A stretch of DNA of 40,397 bases from a virus (lineage: Duplodnaviria; Heunggongvirae; Uroviricota; Caudoviricetes): the IMG/VR virus record IMGVR_UViG_2663763428_000010. One strand, given 5' to 3'. Below the pieces are notes generated by a model. That model saw only the letters and a list, made by a program, of their open reading frames with translations, searched no databases and was not told the origin of the DNA. Positions 1 to 8,556 of the stretch are shown here, in pieces (position 1 is the stretch's first letter; every line of letters begins with the position of its first letter). The translations under genes and the position numbers were made by a program.

Positions 1-1251
1 GTGCTTACCGATACAAAATTAAAAAACCTCAAGCCGCAGGACAAACTGTACAAGGTCTCCGATCGTGACGGGCTGTATGTAGCTGTGCTTACGTCAGGCA
101 CGGTCTCGTTTCGCTATGACTACCGTATCAACGGTCGCCGCGAAACACTGGTAATCGGGCAGTATGGGCGTGACGGTATCAGTCTAGCAGAAGCGCGAGA
201 AGAACTGATTGCTGCAAAGAAGCTGCTTAAAGCAGGCCAGTCGCCGGCTGCGGCTAAACGTGACGGTATCAAAAAGATTCGTGGTGCCGAGACGTTTGCG
301 GTACATACCGACAGTTATATGAAACACGTCATCCTGGCTGACAGTACCCGCGCAATGAAGCAGGCGGTGATCGACCGTGACATACTTCCGGTTCTTGGCA
401 ACAAAATGATGGCTGAAATTACCACATCGATGGTTCGTGATTTGTGTGACCGGATTGTCGAACGTGGTGGTCGGGCAACAGCAGTACAGGCCAGGGAGAT
501 CATCAGCAGCGTATACCGTCACGCCAATGACCGTGGTCATGGTTTGTTTAATCCTGCGGCTGACATTAAACCTTCGTCTATCGCCATATTTAAACCACGA
601 GAGCGAACACTGACACCAGAAGAAATTGGCCTGTTCTTCCGCACGCTGGATGCCATTGGTGCTATGGGCACTATGAAAATGGCTTTAAAACTGGTGCTTA
701 TCACTATGGTTCGTAAGGGCGAATTCACCAATGCAACGTGGGATGAAATAGATTTTAAAAAATGGACATGGACAATTCCTCCAGACCGCATGAAGGGAAG
801 CCGGGCGCACGTTATTTACCTGCCTAAACAGGCACAGGATATATTGGTCGGGTTGCAGATGTGCGCTGGTGGAAGTGAATATCTGGTTCCTGGTCGTTAC
901 AATTTCCGGAAGCCATTATCTAATGCCGCGCTGAACTCTCTGATCGACAGAACGGTGAAAATAATAAATGAAGATGGTGAGCATATTCAGGATTTTACCG
1001 TACACGATATGCGCCGTACAGCCAGTACGTTGTTGCATGAGGCTGGTTATCCTTCAGACTGGATTGAAAAGGCTCTGGCACATGAGCAGAAAGGTGTGCG
1101 CGCCGTATATAACAAAGCGGAATACGCCAGACAGCGCGCCTACATGTTGCAGCAGTGGGCCGATATGATTGATTCCTGGATTAACGGGGAGCATACGGAT
1201 CTGATTCCGTTCTCCCCGTCGAAGTTTGAGAAGTGGATGGCGGGGGAATAA
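1..1251 (+). CDS. int: Tyrosine site-specific integrase, P4-like; start at window edge (GTG at 1, possibly a few codons missing)
   Basis: 416 aa ORF; N-terminus LTDTKLKNLKP..DGLY resembles P4/CP4-57-type integrases as recalled; C-terminal HDMRRTAST..Y region typical of tyrosine recombinases. Confidence 0.85.
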   Translation: MLTDTKLKNLKPQDKLYKVSDRDGLYVAVLTSGTVSFRYDYRINGRRETLVIGQYGRDGISLAEAREELIAAKKLLKAGQSPAAAKRDGIKKIRGAETFAVHTDSYMKHVILADSTRAMKQAVIDRDILPVLGNKMMAEITTSMVRDLCDRIVERGGRATAVQAREIISSVYRHANDRGHGLFNPAADIKPSSIAIFKPRERTLTPEEIGLFFRTLDAIGAMGTMKMALKLVLITMVRKGEFTNATWDEIDFKKWTWTIPPDRMKGSRAHVIYLPKQAQDILVGLQMCAGGSEYLVPGRYNFRKPLSNAALNSLIDRTVKIINEDGEHIQDFTVHDMRRTASTLLHEAGYPSDWIEKALAHEQKGVRAVYNKAEYARQRAYMLQQWADMIDSWINGEHTDLIPFSPSKFEKWMAGE

Positions 1252-1254
1252 CGT

Positions 1255-1449
1255 TTAATAGTTCTGCTGATTTTCTTCCATCTCGGCTTCTGCTGCCAGT
1301 GATTCAATTTTATCTGTGAATATTGCTGACAGTGTTGCAAATTCAGCATCAGTGACAGCGGGAATTGGAACAAACCTGATCCCGCTGTGTGCAAGCATGT
1401 TTGCAGTTTCAAGGCATTTCCTTAAATCTGCTGGTGATGCCCTGTTCAT
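1255..1449 (-). CDS. Small hypothetical protein (64 aa), last gene of leftward early operon
   Basis: ATG at 1449-1447 overlaps the methyltransferase TGA stop (ATGA coupling); below the 60 aa start-to-stop threshold so only seen as part of a longer track ORF. Confidence 0.35.
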   Translation of the reverse strand: MNRASPADLRKCLETANMLAHSGIRFVPIPAVTDAEFATLSAIFTDKIESLAAEAEMEENQQNY

Positions 1450-2096
1450 GCTGCACGCTCCCGTCCCTGGTTGTCTGTTGGTGACAGCGGAGCATTGCTG
1501 AATGCATTTGTTAATCTGGCAATATCCAACGCGTATCCAGGGTGTAGTTGCACTGCCGGGTCTTCGCACTGATTACCCCAAACATCGAAGCCATGAGACG
1601 ACTGGCGGGCGAACAGTTCAATGCGAGAAACATCGCCTAACAATTGCACAAGTTTTTCACGAACGACATCTGGTTTTCTTGAATGCTCAAGCCGCGGTGC
1701 GGTAAATGACTGAACGATCCATGCATTAATGCGCGGAGGTAGTTTTCCCTTTACTGCAAACAGGCAATCTTCACTATTGGCGCGAGTCATGTGACCCATA
1801 CCCATAACCAGTTTATCTGGTTGTCGACTACCACATTTTATCCACGTGAAGCCCTTCATCGTCATCAGACGAAATCCCCAGGCTTCAACAACTTTTAGTG
1901 CTTCGAGTGGTTGTGTTGGCACCCACCACATGGCCAACAGACAGTTTTCAGCGGTCAAATCCCACACAGGAAGGCGGCAGATATCCAGCACACTCATAAC
2001 CGGATATTTAAAACCGGCACCGCGATTACCATCTGCGGCTTTGTCCCGGTATACCCAGGGTGGATCTGCATAGATTAGTGTGTATTTCTTAGTCAT
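1446..2096 (-). CDS. MT-A70 family DNA N6-adenine methyltransferase
   Basis: DPPW motif (LIYADPPWVY) near N-terminus; ATG at 2096 preferred over the upstream GTG used by the ORF track. Confidence 0.8.
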   Translation of the reverse strand: MTKKYTLIYADPPWVYRDKAADGNRGAGFKYPVMSVLDICRLPVWDLTAENCLLAMWWVPTQPLEALKVVEAWGFRLMTMKGFTWIKCGSRQPDKLVMGMGHMTRANSEDCLFAVKGKLPPRINAWIVQSFTAPRLEHSRKPDVVREKLVQLLGDVSRIELFARQSSHGFDVWGNQCEDPAVQLHPGYALDIARLTNAFSNAPLSPTDNQGRERAA

Positions 2097-2388
2097 AAAC
2101 CACCCCACAACATCCTATGCCGCTATAGTCGCCACGGCGAAGGCCGTTACCTTTTGTGATACATTGGTCCCTGCGAACCGCGATCCTTGCACGTTCAACA
2201 TCACCAGAAGCAACATCCATACACTGAAGCCAAAGGTGAGCGGCAATGCGGAATTGCCCTTTTTTCTCTCTTTCAATCGCGCGTTTTTCGATCTCTATCG
2301 CCGCAGGAGTAACGGCGACAATCTTTGAAGGGCTGCGCATTGAAACCTTGTTCATGTGATATTTTTCAAGTCGGCTTAACTTTCTCAC
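2089..2388 (-). CDS. Hypothetical protein (99 aa as tracked; true start uncertain)
   Basis: ORF whose stop overlaps the methyltransferase start by a few nt; no recognisable domain. Confidence 0.4.
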   Translation of the reverse strand: MRKLSRLEKYHMNKVSMRSPSKIVAVTPAAIEIEKRAIEREKKGQFRIAAHLWLQCMDVASGDVERARIAVRRDQCITKGNGLRRGDYSGIGCCGVVYD

Positions 2389-2497
2389 TTAATCCAACCC
2401 TCTCTGAAAATTAATGCCAGCAGATAAAGCCATGCTGAAACAGAGGCCAGGAATAAGTACCATCCTGACCATTTGCTCCAGTGCCTTAGCAGCACAC

Positions 2498-2746
2498 TCA
2501 TGCCGCGTTGCTCACGGGACGATATACACGTTGCTGAACAGGAGGTTTTTTACCCTGGAACTCTGCCGGGCTTGCTGCCTGACGTTCATCAAGCCAACGC
2601 TCAACTTCATCACGGTTCCATGCGCAGCGTTTATCGGTGATATACCAGCGTTTAGGAAATTCCCCTGCGCGCTCCATACGGTCGATAGTGCTCCATGACA
2701 GTGGCACCACCGCCAGGAGTTCCTTCTTACCTAATGCACCTTTCAT
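2498..2746 (-). CDS. AlpA-family DNA-binding protein (excisionase/regulator-like)
   Basis: 82 aa; short HTH protein with the W..E(V/I)..W(L) signature typical of AlpA/Xis-like phage regulators. Confidence 0.65.
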   Translation of the reverse strand: MKGALGKKELLAVVPLSWSTIDRMERAGEFPKRWYITDKRCAWNRDEVERWLDERQAASPAEFQGKKPPVQQRVYRPVSNAA

Positions 2747-2795
2747 AAATACCTCTCTTGGTTGCAGTGCGGCGCGCGTGGCGCCGCGGTGGTGG

Positions 2796-3677
2796 TTACA
2801 TAGATGTTTCGTTTAATTCTTCCCGACGAACGCTGTAAACGTCGGTGGCTTTTGCCAGCAGTTCGTCATCATCTGAAAGTTTTTGTGCAATGTATTTGTA
2901 AGCCTTATCCAGTTCGGAGACAGTGCTGTAATTCATCGCTGCGCTGGTAAAGGCCATCAGCATTTCTTCTGGCTCACGGCTATCCGCTTTACGCGTTTGC
3001 TCATCAGGCTTTTTCACTGATTTAGCGTTGATCAGACTGTTCATTCCCGCAGCCGTAGTCATTTGCGGAGTAATGTCTCGCTCAACGCGCGGTGCCGTTT
3101 CCTGTAATTCGTCAGGGGTGTAAACACCGAGAAGTACATCAGGAGCGTGCAGGCGAGCCCATCGTTTCGTGCAAAGATAGGCAAGTTGCTGGCGCGGATC
3201 CTGTTCCCACAATGGAGAGTTACGCACTCCTGCTTGCGCCATACTGATGGTAAGCTCACGTGGTTCTGCTTCTCCTTTAAGAACTGCTGACACAGTTACC
3301 GTCAGATTCGGTGATTTATCTGTTTTGCCGTTAACATTCGACCAGTCACCGCTCCAGCGATAATTCAGGCGTGTCGCCAGCAGGCTGGAAGAGGATACGA
3401 CCGCGTTTACCAACTGTGCTTCGTAGCCTAACGTTCCGTTTACCACATGCGTTTTCTGCGCCACGGCGAAAGGGTTCATTCCCCACTGTGCCGCCTGCAT
3501 GGTCACCGCCAGGCAATCGGCAGGTTTGCCTTCAAGATGTTTCGGTACAGTCGCTTTGCTTTGTGACATCAACTCCGCGAAACGCACCAGTTGATTCATG
3601 CCCTCGGGGCTGAAGATTGCCGCAGCAGTGCCTACAGTTGCGCCTGGTTGTGATGTGATTGCGATATCATTGCTCAT
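2796..3677 (-). CDS. bet: Bet/RecT-superfamily single-strand annealing protein
   Basis: 293 aa; C-terminal ERDITP segment and overall layout resemble lambda Bet as recalled; sits directly downstream of the exonuclease with overlapping stop/start. Confidence 0.7.
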   Translation of the reverse strand: MSNDIAITSQPGATVGTAAAIFSPEGMNQLVRFAELMSQSKATVPKHLEGKPADCLAVTMQAAQWGMNPFAVAQKTHVVNGTLGYEAQLVNAVVSSSSLLATRLNYRWSGDWSNVNGKTDKSPNLTVTVSAVLKGEAEPRELTISMAQAGVRNSPLWEQDPRQQLAYLCTKRWARLHAPDVLLGVYTPDELQETAPRVERDITPQMTTAAGMNSLINAKSVKKPDEQTRKADSREPEEMLMAFTSAAMNYSTVSELDKAYKYIAQKLSDDDELLAKATDVYSVRREELNETSM

Positions 3678-4495
3678 ACGTACATATCCTGTTTACGTGC
3701 CCAGTCAGGGCGTTTAATAATTTCCACTCCGCCCCATTCATCGTTGATGCGGCATTCGTGATAGGTATTCAGATCCCGGCGGAACAGAGCGTGCCCGGCA
3801 TCGACATCCGGCGCATCCAGCTCGAACACGCGTACCGGATACCGACCACAATCAATGCTTTCGCTCACGGCAAGAAAGAAAAAACCATGTGGCTGACCAG
3901 TAACCCTCATTGCGCCTTCGCGGTACATTGCGTCCTGCACGTGGTAGCGGAACTCCTCGATGTGGCGTGCAAAACGGTCCATATCTGCAACCTTTTTCAC
4001 GTCGACGATCACGTTGTGCTCTTTCAGCCATTTGTCTGGACGAATTCGGCACAACTCACCCGTATCTTCATCGTTCCAGTACATTGATGCTTCGCAGTAA
4101 CCAGGTGCTTCCAACATCCAGCGTGCCGCCGGGTGAGCCATTGCGCTATCACGCATCAGCTCCAGTTTTCGCCACTGCTCTGCATCAAGTACCGAAATCC
4201 CCATATCCGCTACATCACGAATAAATGCCTCTTCGTCAGCTTTACCTTGTTTTGTCCGACGATCGAATTTCGGTGAAACGATGAAGCGTTTGTCAAACTC
4301 TCCAGGTTCCAGAAGCAGACAGTGCAGAGCAGTACCCATGTCCAGTGCAGACTTCTTCTCTTCGTCTTCCGGAGCAGCCTTCACCCATTTCAGAAGGGCA
4401 GGGTTCTTAGCCACCATATCTAGCTGCGACTTACTCACGCCGTCACCGGCGTGGTAGTCCTCGTTGCTGATATCGAAATAAATTCCCGGATTCAT
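3674..4495 (-). CDS. PD-(D/E)xK recombination exonuclease (RecE/exonuclease VIII-like)
   Basis: 273 aa; RPD...IVDVKK fits a PD-(D/E)xK motif; N-terminal GIYFDISNEDYHAG segment typical of phage RecE-like exonucleases; paired with bet. Confidence 0.6.
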   Translation of the reverse strand: MNPGIYFDISNEDYHAGDGVSKSQLDMVAKNPALLKWVKAAPEDEEKKSALDMGTALHCLLLEPGEFDKRFIVSPKFDRRTKQGKADEEAFIRDVADMGISVLDAEQWRKLELMRDSAMAHPAARWMLEAPGYCEASMYWNDEDTGELCRIRPDKWLKEHNVIVDVKKVADMDRFARHIEEFRYHVQDAMYREGAMRVTGQPHGFFFLAVSESIDCGRYPVRVFELDAPDVDAGHALFRRDLNTYHECRINDEWGGVEIIKRPDWARKQDMYV

Positions 4496-4791
4496 GCCGC
4501 GTCCCTCTGCCCATCAATCTGATCAGCCAGATCCCAGCGGGCGATAATTGCCATTGCCTCGCGCCGGTAGGCATCCATTAGTTCTTCGAACTCAGGGCTG
4601 TCTTTAGCGGCCTCCAGTACTTCCTGGCGAACGCCTTTAACTGTTACAACGTCGAAAGTTGATGCCAGTTGATGAAGCCGGATACTCTCAATCAGTTCAA
4701 CTTGTCGGTCATATAGCTGTTCTGACAGGCGGTAGTCCTTGTCGAATGCCAGCATGATTTTTTGAAGATTTTTCTGCTGATTAACGTTCAT
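4492..4791 (-). CDS. Hypothetical early protein (99 aa from ATG MNVNQQ)
   Basis: GGAGGG Shine-Dalgarno upstream of the ATG at 4791; stop overlaps exonuclease start. Confidence 0.5.
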   Translation of the reverse strand: MNVNQQKNLQKIMLAFDKDYRLSEQLYDRQVELIESIRLHQLASTFDVVTVKGVRQEVLEAAKDSPEFEELMDAYRREAMAIIARWDLADQIDGQRDAA

Positions 4792-4796
4792 TATCA

Positions 4797-4946
4797 GCCC
4801 TCCCATATCTCGTTATCGTTGGCCACATCGCGAGCTTCTTTGCTGACGAAAGCCCACTTAATGCCTTCCTGTAAGGTGCGGAACTTCCAGCTCATGAATC
4901 CGCATGCAGTAACGCAGTACCAACCGTTGATGATTTTCCACTGCAT
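4797..4946 (-). CDS. Small hypothetical protein (49 aa), first gene of leftward early operon
   Basis: ATG at 4946 preceded by GAGGTAA Shine-Dalgarno that lies inside an operator half-site; TGA stop just before the next gene RBS. Confidence 0.35.
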
Positions 4947-4965
4947 AACTTGTTACCTCGGTCTG

Positions 4966-5042
4966 TTACCGTTGAGGTAATAATTATTCGTATCTGGTTT
5001 GATGTCAATAGATATGAGTTAAAAAAATTACCCATTAGGTAA
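4966..5042 (-). promoter_or_regulatory. Leftward early promoter region with two operator palindromes (4966-4980 TTACCGTTGAGGTAA; 5028-5042 TTACCCATTAGGTAA)
   Basis: Two perfect TTACC-N5-GGTAA palindromes between the repressor terminator and the first leftward gene. Confidence 0.6.
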
Positions 5043-5052
5043 TCGAATAGGC

Positions 5053-5078
5053 AATAAAAAAGCCGCCAGAAGGCGGCT
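5053..5078 (-). terminator. Rho-independent terminator downstream of repressor gene
   Basis: AGCCGCC-AGAA-GGCGGCT hairpin preceded on plus strand by an A-tract (U-tract on minus strand). Confidence 0.65.
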
Positions 5079-5099
5079 TACTTACTGAAAAATATGATT

Positions 5100-5684
5100 T
5101 TATTGTTTGTTTTTTTCGTTCTGGTTGATGACAAATTCAATGTAACTTTCGATCTTTGCTTTCTCGGTTTCGGGTAACAATGCGTAGCGCGAGCGATCAT
5201 AGTTGATGGTCGCAGGGTCGTGCGGGTGAATCAGTAATTCATAGCCGTGACGCCCGAATGCGGATGCAACATTCTCCAGGGTGGAAATGGAAACGCTGAC
5301 CTCATTGTTTAACAGGCGGCTGATTGTCACCTGGGCGACGCCGGATGCGCGGTGAAGTTTTCCCTGTGTTGAAAGGTCGCGGCTTTCGCTCATCCAGCGT
5401 TCCAGGTTGTGAGCCGCAAGCTGACCTATATCGCTCGGGCCGACAGGCTGAAAACCCTCCTGAGAAAGCGAACGATCAATATCAAGCCAGTTACGGGGTT
5501 TATTGGCGGCAGCTTCAATTTTTCGTGCAACCTGGTCGCCGATAACCTTCTTGCCAAGAGCCCAGCGGTTTACCAGATTTGCCTGAGTTCCAAGTTTTTC
5601 TGCCATCCGCGTCTGAACACCATTGAATTCACGGTCGATCAAGTCGTTGAGATTTTGCCTGCGGACGTCCTGGATACTTTTCAT
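5100..5684 (-). CDS. Prophage repressor, tandem HTH_XRE domains, no S24 peptidase domain
   Basis: 194 aa; two Cro/CI-type HTH-like segments; divergent from a Cro-like gene across an operator-rich intergenic region. Confidence 0.7.
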   Translation of the reverse strand: MKSIQDVRRQNLNDLIDREFNGVQTRMAEKLGTQANLVNRWALGKKVIGDQVARKIEAAANKPRNWLDIDRSLSQEGFQPVGPSDIGQLAAHNLERWMSESRDLSTQGKLHRASGVAQVTISRLLNNEVSVSISTLENVASAFGRHGYELLIHPHDPATINYDRSRYALLPETEKAKIESYIEFVINQNEKNKQ

Positions 5685-5739
5685 TTTCTGGAAAATCGCC
5701 TCATATATGAATCAGTAGATGATTCAATTTAAAGCAATA

Positions 5740-5802
5740 TTACCCAACAGGTAAATGCACCCCACAGGTAACTATCCTTGATTTTTGTTACCTTATGGGT
5801 GA
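5740..5802. promoter_or_regulatory. Immunity-region operator cluster with three sites (5740-5754 perfect; 5757-5771 degenerate left half; 5788-5802 near perfect) and divergent promoters
   Basis: TTACCCAACAGGTAA, GCACCCCACAGGTAA, TTACCTTATGGGTGA between divergent repressor and cro-like genes; TTGATT -35-like hexamer at 5778-5783. Confidence 0.65.
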
Positions 5803-5838
5803 ATATTTATTATCTGAAATAAATATCAGGCAATAGCT

Positions 5839-6069
5839 ATGAGCGATAACGGACATTTCGATTTCAAAAAGCACTGGCTTGCACTTACTCCGGATGAGCG
5901 TGAAGCCTTCGCACAGGAAGCCGGAACGACGAGTCACTATATCCAGACTCACTTAACAGGTAAGCGCAAAATGCCAGGTAAGGTATTGATGAATGGGCTT
6001 TTTAAAGCCTGTAAAACAAGACAATGGCTGCGCTCAAAAGCAGAACTGGCATACTTCTTCTACTCATGA
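5839..6069 (+). CDS. Cro-like small DNA-binding protein
   Basis: 76 aa ORF divergent from the repressor, immediately downstream of the operator cluster. Confidence 0.55.
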   Translation: MSDNGHFDFKKHWLALTPDEREAFAQEAGTTSHYIQTHLTGKRKMPGKVLMNGLFKACKTRQWLRSKAELAYFFYS

Positions 6070-6090
6070 TATCCAGCCACAACCCTCTGT

Positions 6091-6116
6091 AGACCGCCAT
6101 CCGGCGGTCTTTTCAT
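6091..6116 (+). terminator. Rho-independent terminator after cro-like gene
   Basis: AGACCGCC-ATCC-GGCGGTCT hairpin followed by TTTTC. Confidence 0.6.
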
Positions 6117-6124
6117 ATCTATTC

Positions 6125-6139
6125 GTACCTCAAAGGTAA
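6125..6139. promoter_or_regulatory. Operator palindrome (GTACCTCAAAGGTAA) upstream of the replication operon
   Basis: Family member of TTACC-N5-GGTAA with one mismatch, directly after the cro terminator. Confidence 0.5.
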
Positions 6140-6219
6140 TAAAAAACCAAATATGGTTGATCTTTTTTTTGTGTCAGCACAAAATAACCGTAATCCCAAT
6201 ACTAATAACAGGGCTTACC

Positions 6220-6420
6220 ATGGAAATCATTACACGTATTGATGCCGCAAAGCGCGGACTTAAACGCTACTACACCGGAAAACCATGTAAGCACGGACAT
6301 GACAGTGAACGCTGGGTTTACAACGGACACTGTGTTGAGTGCACCATGGAATCAAACCGTCGCATCAGGGCAGAGATTAAGCAGATCATGATTAATTCCT
6401 CCCCACAACACTCAAGCTGA
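6220..6420 (+). CDS. Small Cys/His-rich hypothetical protein at the cII-equivalent position
   Basis: 66 aa from ATG at 6220; track ORF begins upstream at a TTG, rejected; PCKHGH...GHCVEC motif. Confidence 0.45.
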   Translation: MEIITRIDAAKRGLKRYYTGKPCKHGHDSERWVYNGHCVECTMESNRRIRAEIKQIMINSSPQHSS

Positions 6421-6435
6421 TAGCGGAGATTAATC

Positions 6436-7251
6436 ATGAGCAGACATGCAACAGATTGGGCCTGGGAGACAGATCCAGGTAGCTCATCATTAAAGCTCAT
6501 ACTGCTCTCGATGGCTGACAGAGCCGATGAATATAACCTCTGCTACCCCAGCATAGAACGCCTCGTTAAAGACACTTGCCTGAATAAAAAAACCGTGCAG
6601 GCCGGGCTTATATCGCTCATGAAAATGGGGCTTATTTCAGATACCGGAGAGAGAAAGGGAGCGACAAAAAGAGTGCGGGTTTTCTCTCTTAATATAACCA
6701 AAAACGGGAACATTAAAGGCAACCGGGAGGGGGGCAATGAACCAGAAAACGGTAATGTTACCGAAAACGGGAATATACCCAAAAACGGGATGTTGAATGA
6801 TCCCAAAAACGGGATGTTGAATGATCCCAAAAACGGGATCCAGAACCAGTCATATAACCAGTCATTTAACCAAGAGAGGGAGAGCAGGACAAAAAACGGG
6901 GATTCTGTGCATCATGACCCCGGCGCAAACAACGCCGTGATGAATAACTTTGTTCCTCCTGGTGGGCCAGGGCAATTAGGCAAATTTGTCATGCATGAAC
7001 AATGGCAGCCATCAGATGACTTTCTTCGGAAAAGCTCATTGCAGGGGATCTACCTGGACAGTCTGCCAACGGCACAGGAACTTGCAGAGTTCAGAATTTA
7101 CTGGATGGCTGAGGGTAAGGCATACCATCAGGCACAGTGGGAGCAGAAGCTGGCAAGGCGGCTGCAGATTAGCAGACAGAAGCAATCAACATTATCTGAT
7201 AACAACGTTCCGCACTGGAACAGCCCTGAAGCATGGGAGGATTTCTTGTGA
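6436..7251 (+). CDS. Replication initiator, lambda O-like, N-terminal HTH
   Basis: 271 aa; N-terminal HTH-like domain; internal iteron-like DNA repeats; stop overlaps the P-like gene start. Confidence 0.7.
   Translation: MSRHATDWAWETDPGSSSLKLILLSMADRADEYNLCYPSIERLVKDTCLNKKTVQAGLISLMKMGLISDTGERKGATKRVRVFSLNITKNGNIKGNREGGNEPENGNVTENGNIPKNGMLNDPKNGMLNDPKNGIQNQSYNQSFNQERESRTKNGDSVHHDPGANNAVMNNFVPPGGPGQLGKFVMHEQWQPSDDFLRKSSLQGIYLDSLPTAQELAEFRIYWMAEGKAYHQAQWEQKLARRLQISRQKQSTLSDNNVPHWNSPEAWEDFL
6697..6841. repeat. Iteron-like direct repeats (core CCAAAAACGGGA) including an exact 24-bp tandem duplication at 6778-6825; candidate replication origin
   Basis: Repeated motif at 6697, 6741, 6759, 6778, 6802, 6826 and 6888; followed by AT-rich repeated CCAGTCAT(A/T)TAACCA. 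Confidence 0.55.
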
Positions 7252-8033
7252 ACAACGTTTTTACCGCGATACAAAACCGTGACGGAGAAGCCCTTTCTCG
7301 CATGTCAGGTTATGAGCATCAGTACGTCAACAATGACAATGTGGTTAACATGTCAGCAGAGAGGCTTGTTGATGCCCTTTTCAAACAGCTGAAACAACTG
7401 TTTCCGGCGGCAGTGGTAACCAACCTGAAGACGCCAGAGCAGGAAGTAGCTGCAAAACAGCAGTGGATTGCTGCGTTTGCCGAAGGGGGGATCCGAACCC
7501 GTGAACAGGTTTCTGCTGGTATGCGCCACGCCCGCGCCAGTGAATCTCCGTTCTGGCCGTCGCCTGGGCAATTCATCAAGTGGTGTAAAGACAGCAAGAT
7601 GGTTCTTGGCGTCACCATTGACGATGTGATGGCGGAGTTTCACCGGTACAGCAAGGAAAAAAGTTTATATCCTGGTGGTCCCGAAAGATTCCCGTGGCGA
7701 CATCCGGTTATGTACTGGGTCGTATGTGATACCCGCCGTGCAATGTATCAGCGCCAGCTTAGCGAGATTGAGGTTGAGAAACACGCGCGCAGGCTGCTCG
7801 ATGATTGGGCGAAAAAGGTGGCTTCCGGACAGCAGATACCCGATCCGGTGATCAGCATACAGGCAAAGCCAGAACCCATGAGTACACCTCCGGACACAGG
7901 GAGAGACGTTTACCATCCACCAGGGCGAAGTTTCGGGTGCATGCCTAACGCCGCCACCCTTGGTGGAATAACACCGGCGCAGTGGCTGATGGAGGAATAC
8001 AGGCGAGGAAAGGCGGCAGGATTTATCAAGTAA
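7248..8033 (+). CDS. Replication protein P-like (helicase loader)
   Basis: Central region RTREQVSAGMRHARA..PFWPSPGQFIKWC resembles lambda P as recalled; GTG at 7248 with GGAGG RBS overlapping O stop (GTGA). Confidence 0.75.
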   Translation: MNNVFTAIQNRDGEALSRMSGYEHQYVNNDNVVNMSAERLVDALFKQLKQLFPAAVVTNLKTPEQEVAAKQQWIAAFAEGGIRTREQVSAGMRHARASESPFWPSPGQFIKWCKDSKMVLGVTIDDVMAEFHRYSKEKSLYPGGPERFPWRHPVMYWVVCDTRRAMYQRQLSEIEVEKHARRLLDDWAKKVASGQQIPDPVISIQAKPEPMSTPPDTGRDVYHPPGRSFGCMPNAATLGGITPAQWLMEEYRRGKAAGFIK

Positions 8034-8038
8034 TACCA

Positions 8039-8058
8039 GCGCGATAGCGCATTTTTTT
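8039..8058 (+). terminator. Weak terminator-like hairpin after P-like gene
   Basis: GCGC-GATA-GCGC short stem followed by ATTTTTTT. Confidence 0.35.
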
Positions 8059-8070
8059 ACGCCTCAACAA

Positions 8071-8147
8071 TTACCTGTTAGGTAATAAAACATTCTAAAA
8101 TCTATTGATTTCGTGTCTTATGTGGTTTTTAATTACCTCAGAGGTAA
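8071..8147 (+). promoter_or_regulatory. Promoter flanked by two operator palindromes (8071-8085 TTACCTGTTAGGTAA; 8133-8147 TTACCTCAGAGGTAA)
   Basis: -35-like TTGATT 8105-8110, 17-bp spacer, -10-like TTTAAT 8128-8133 overlapping the second operator, whose right half also supplies the GAGG RBS for the ATG at 8151. Confidence 0.55.
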
Positions 8148-8150
8148 ATC

Positions 8151-8495
8151 ATGAGAAAACAGATACAGGCTCTTGGTCGACTCAAAACAGGTCAGATGAA
8201 CAAAACAGAATCTGCGTATTGCCAGCACCTTGAGCTGCGTAAACGTGCAGGAGAAATCGTCTGGTATCGATTTGAGGGTATCAAGCTGCGGTTAGCTGAC
8301 AACACGTTCTATACGCCCGATTTTGCTGTGATGCTCGCCACCGGCGAGATGGAACTGCACGAAGTGAAAGGTTTCTGGACCGACGACGCCAGGGTGAAAA
8401 CCAAAGTCGCCGCAGATCAGTATCCGTTCCGAATCATCGGGGTAACGGTTAAACCAAAGAAAGCAGGTGGTGGCTGGATCATCGAAGAGTTCTGA
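8151..8495 (+). CDS. DUF1064-like phage protein (possible PD-(D/E)xK/resolvase-like fold)
   Basis: 114 aa ORF with RBS; family assignment recalled from similar lambdoid prophage proteins, not verified. Confidence 0.5.
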   Translation: MRKQIQALGRLKTGQMNKTESAYCQHLELRKRAGEIVWYRFEGIKLRLADNTFYTPDFAVMLATGEMELHEVKGFWTDDARVKTKVAADQYPFRIIGVTVKPKKAGGGWIIEEF

Positions 8496-8556
8496 ATCGA
8501 CGATCTTTTTAGTTATCAATGTTATCAATAAGTTATGTGGATAAGCGAGGGTAAAT

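Noticed and set aside
2766-2790. GC-rich inverted repeat between bet and the alpA-like gene as a terminator or attachment site
   Set aside because: No flanking U-tract on either strand, and the window offers no second copy to support an att core; function unassigned.
6157-6219. Upstream extension of the zinc-finger ORF
   Set aside because: Would require a TTG start and encodes hydrophobic low-complexity sequence across a T-run; ATG at 6220 chosen.
6697-6841. Possible CRISPR array
   Set aside because: Repeats are short, lie inside a protein-coding gene, and have no unique spacers of regular length; they are iterons or coding repeats, not CRISPR.
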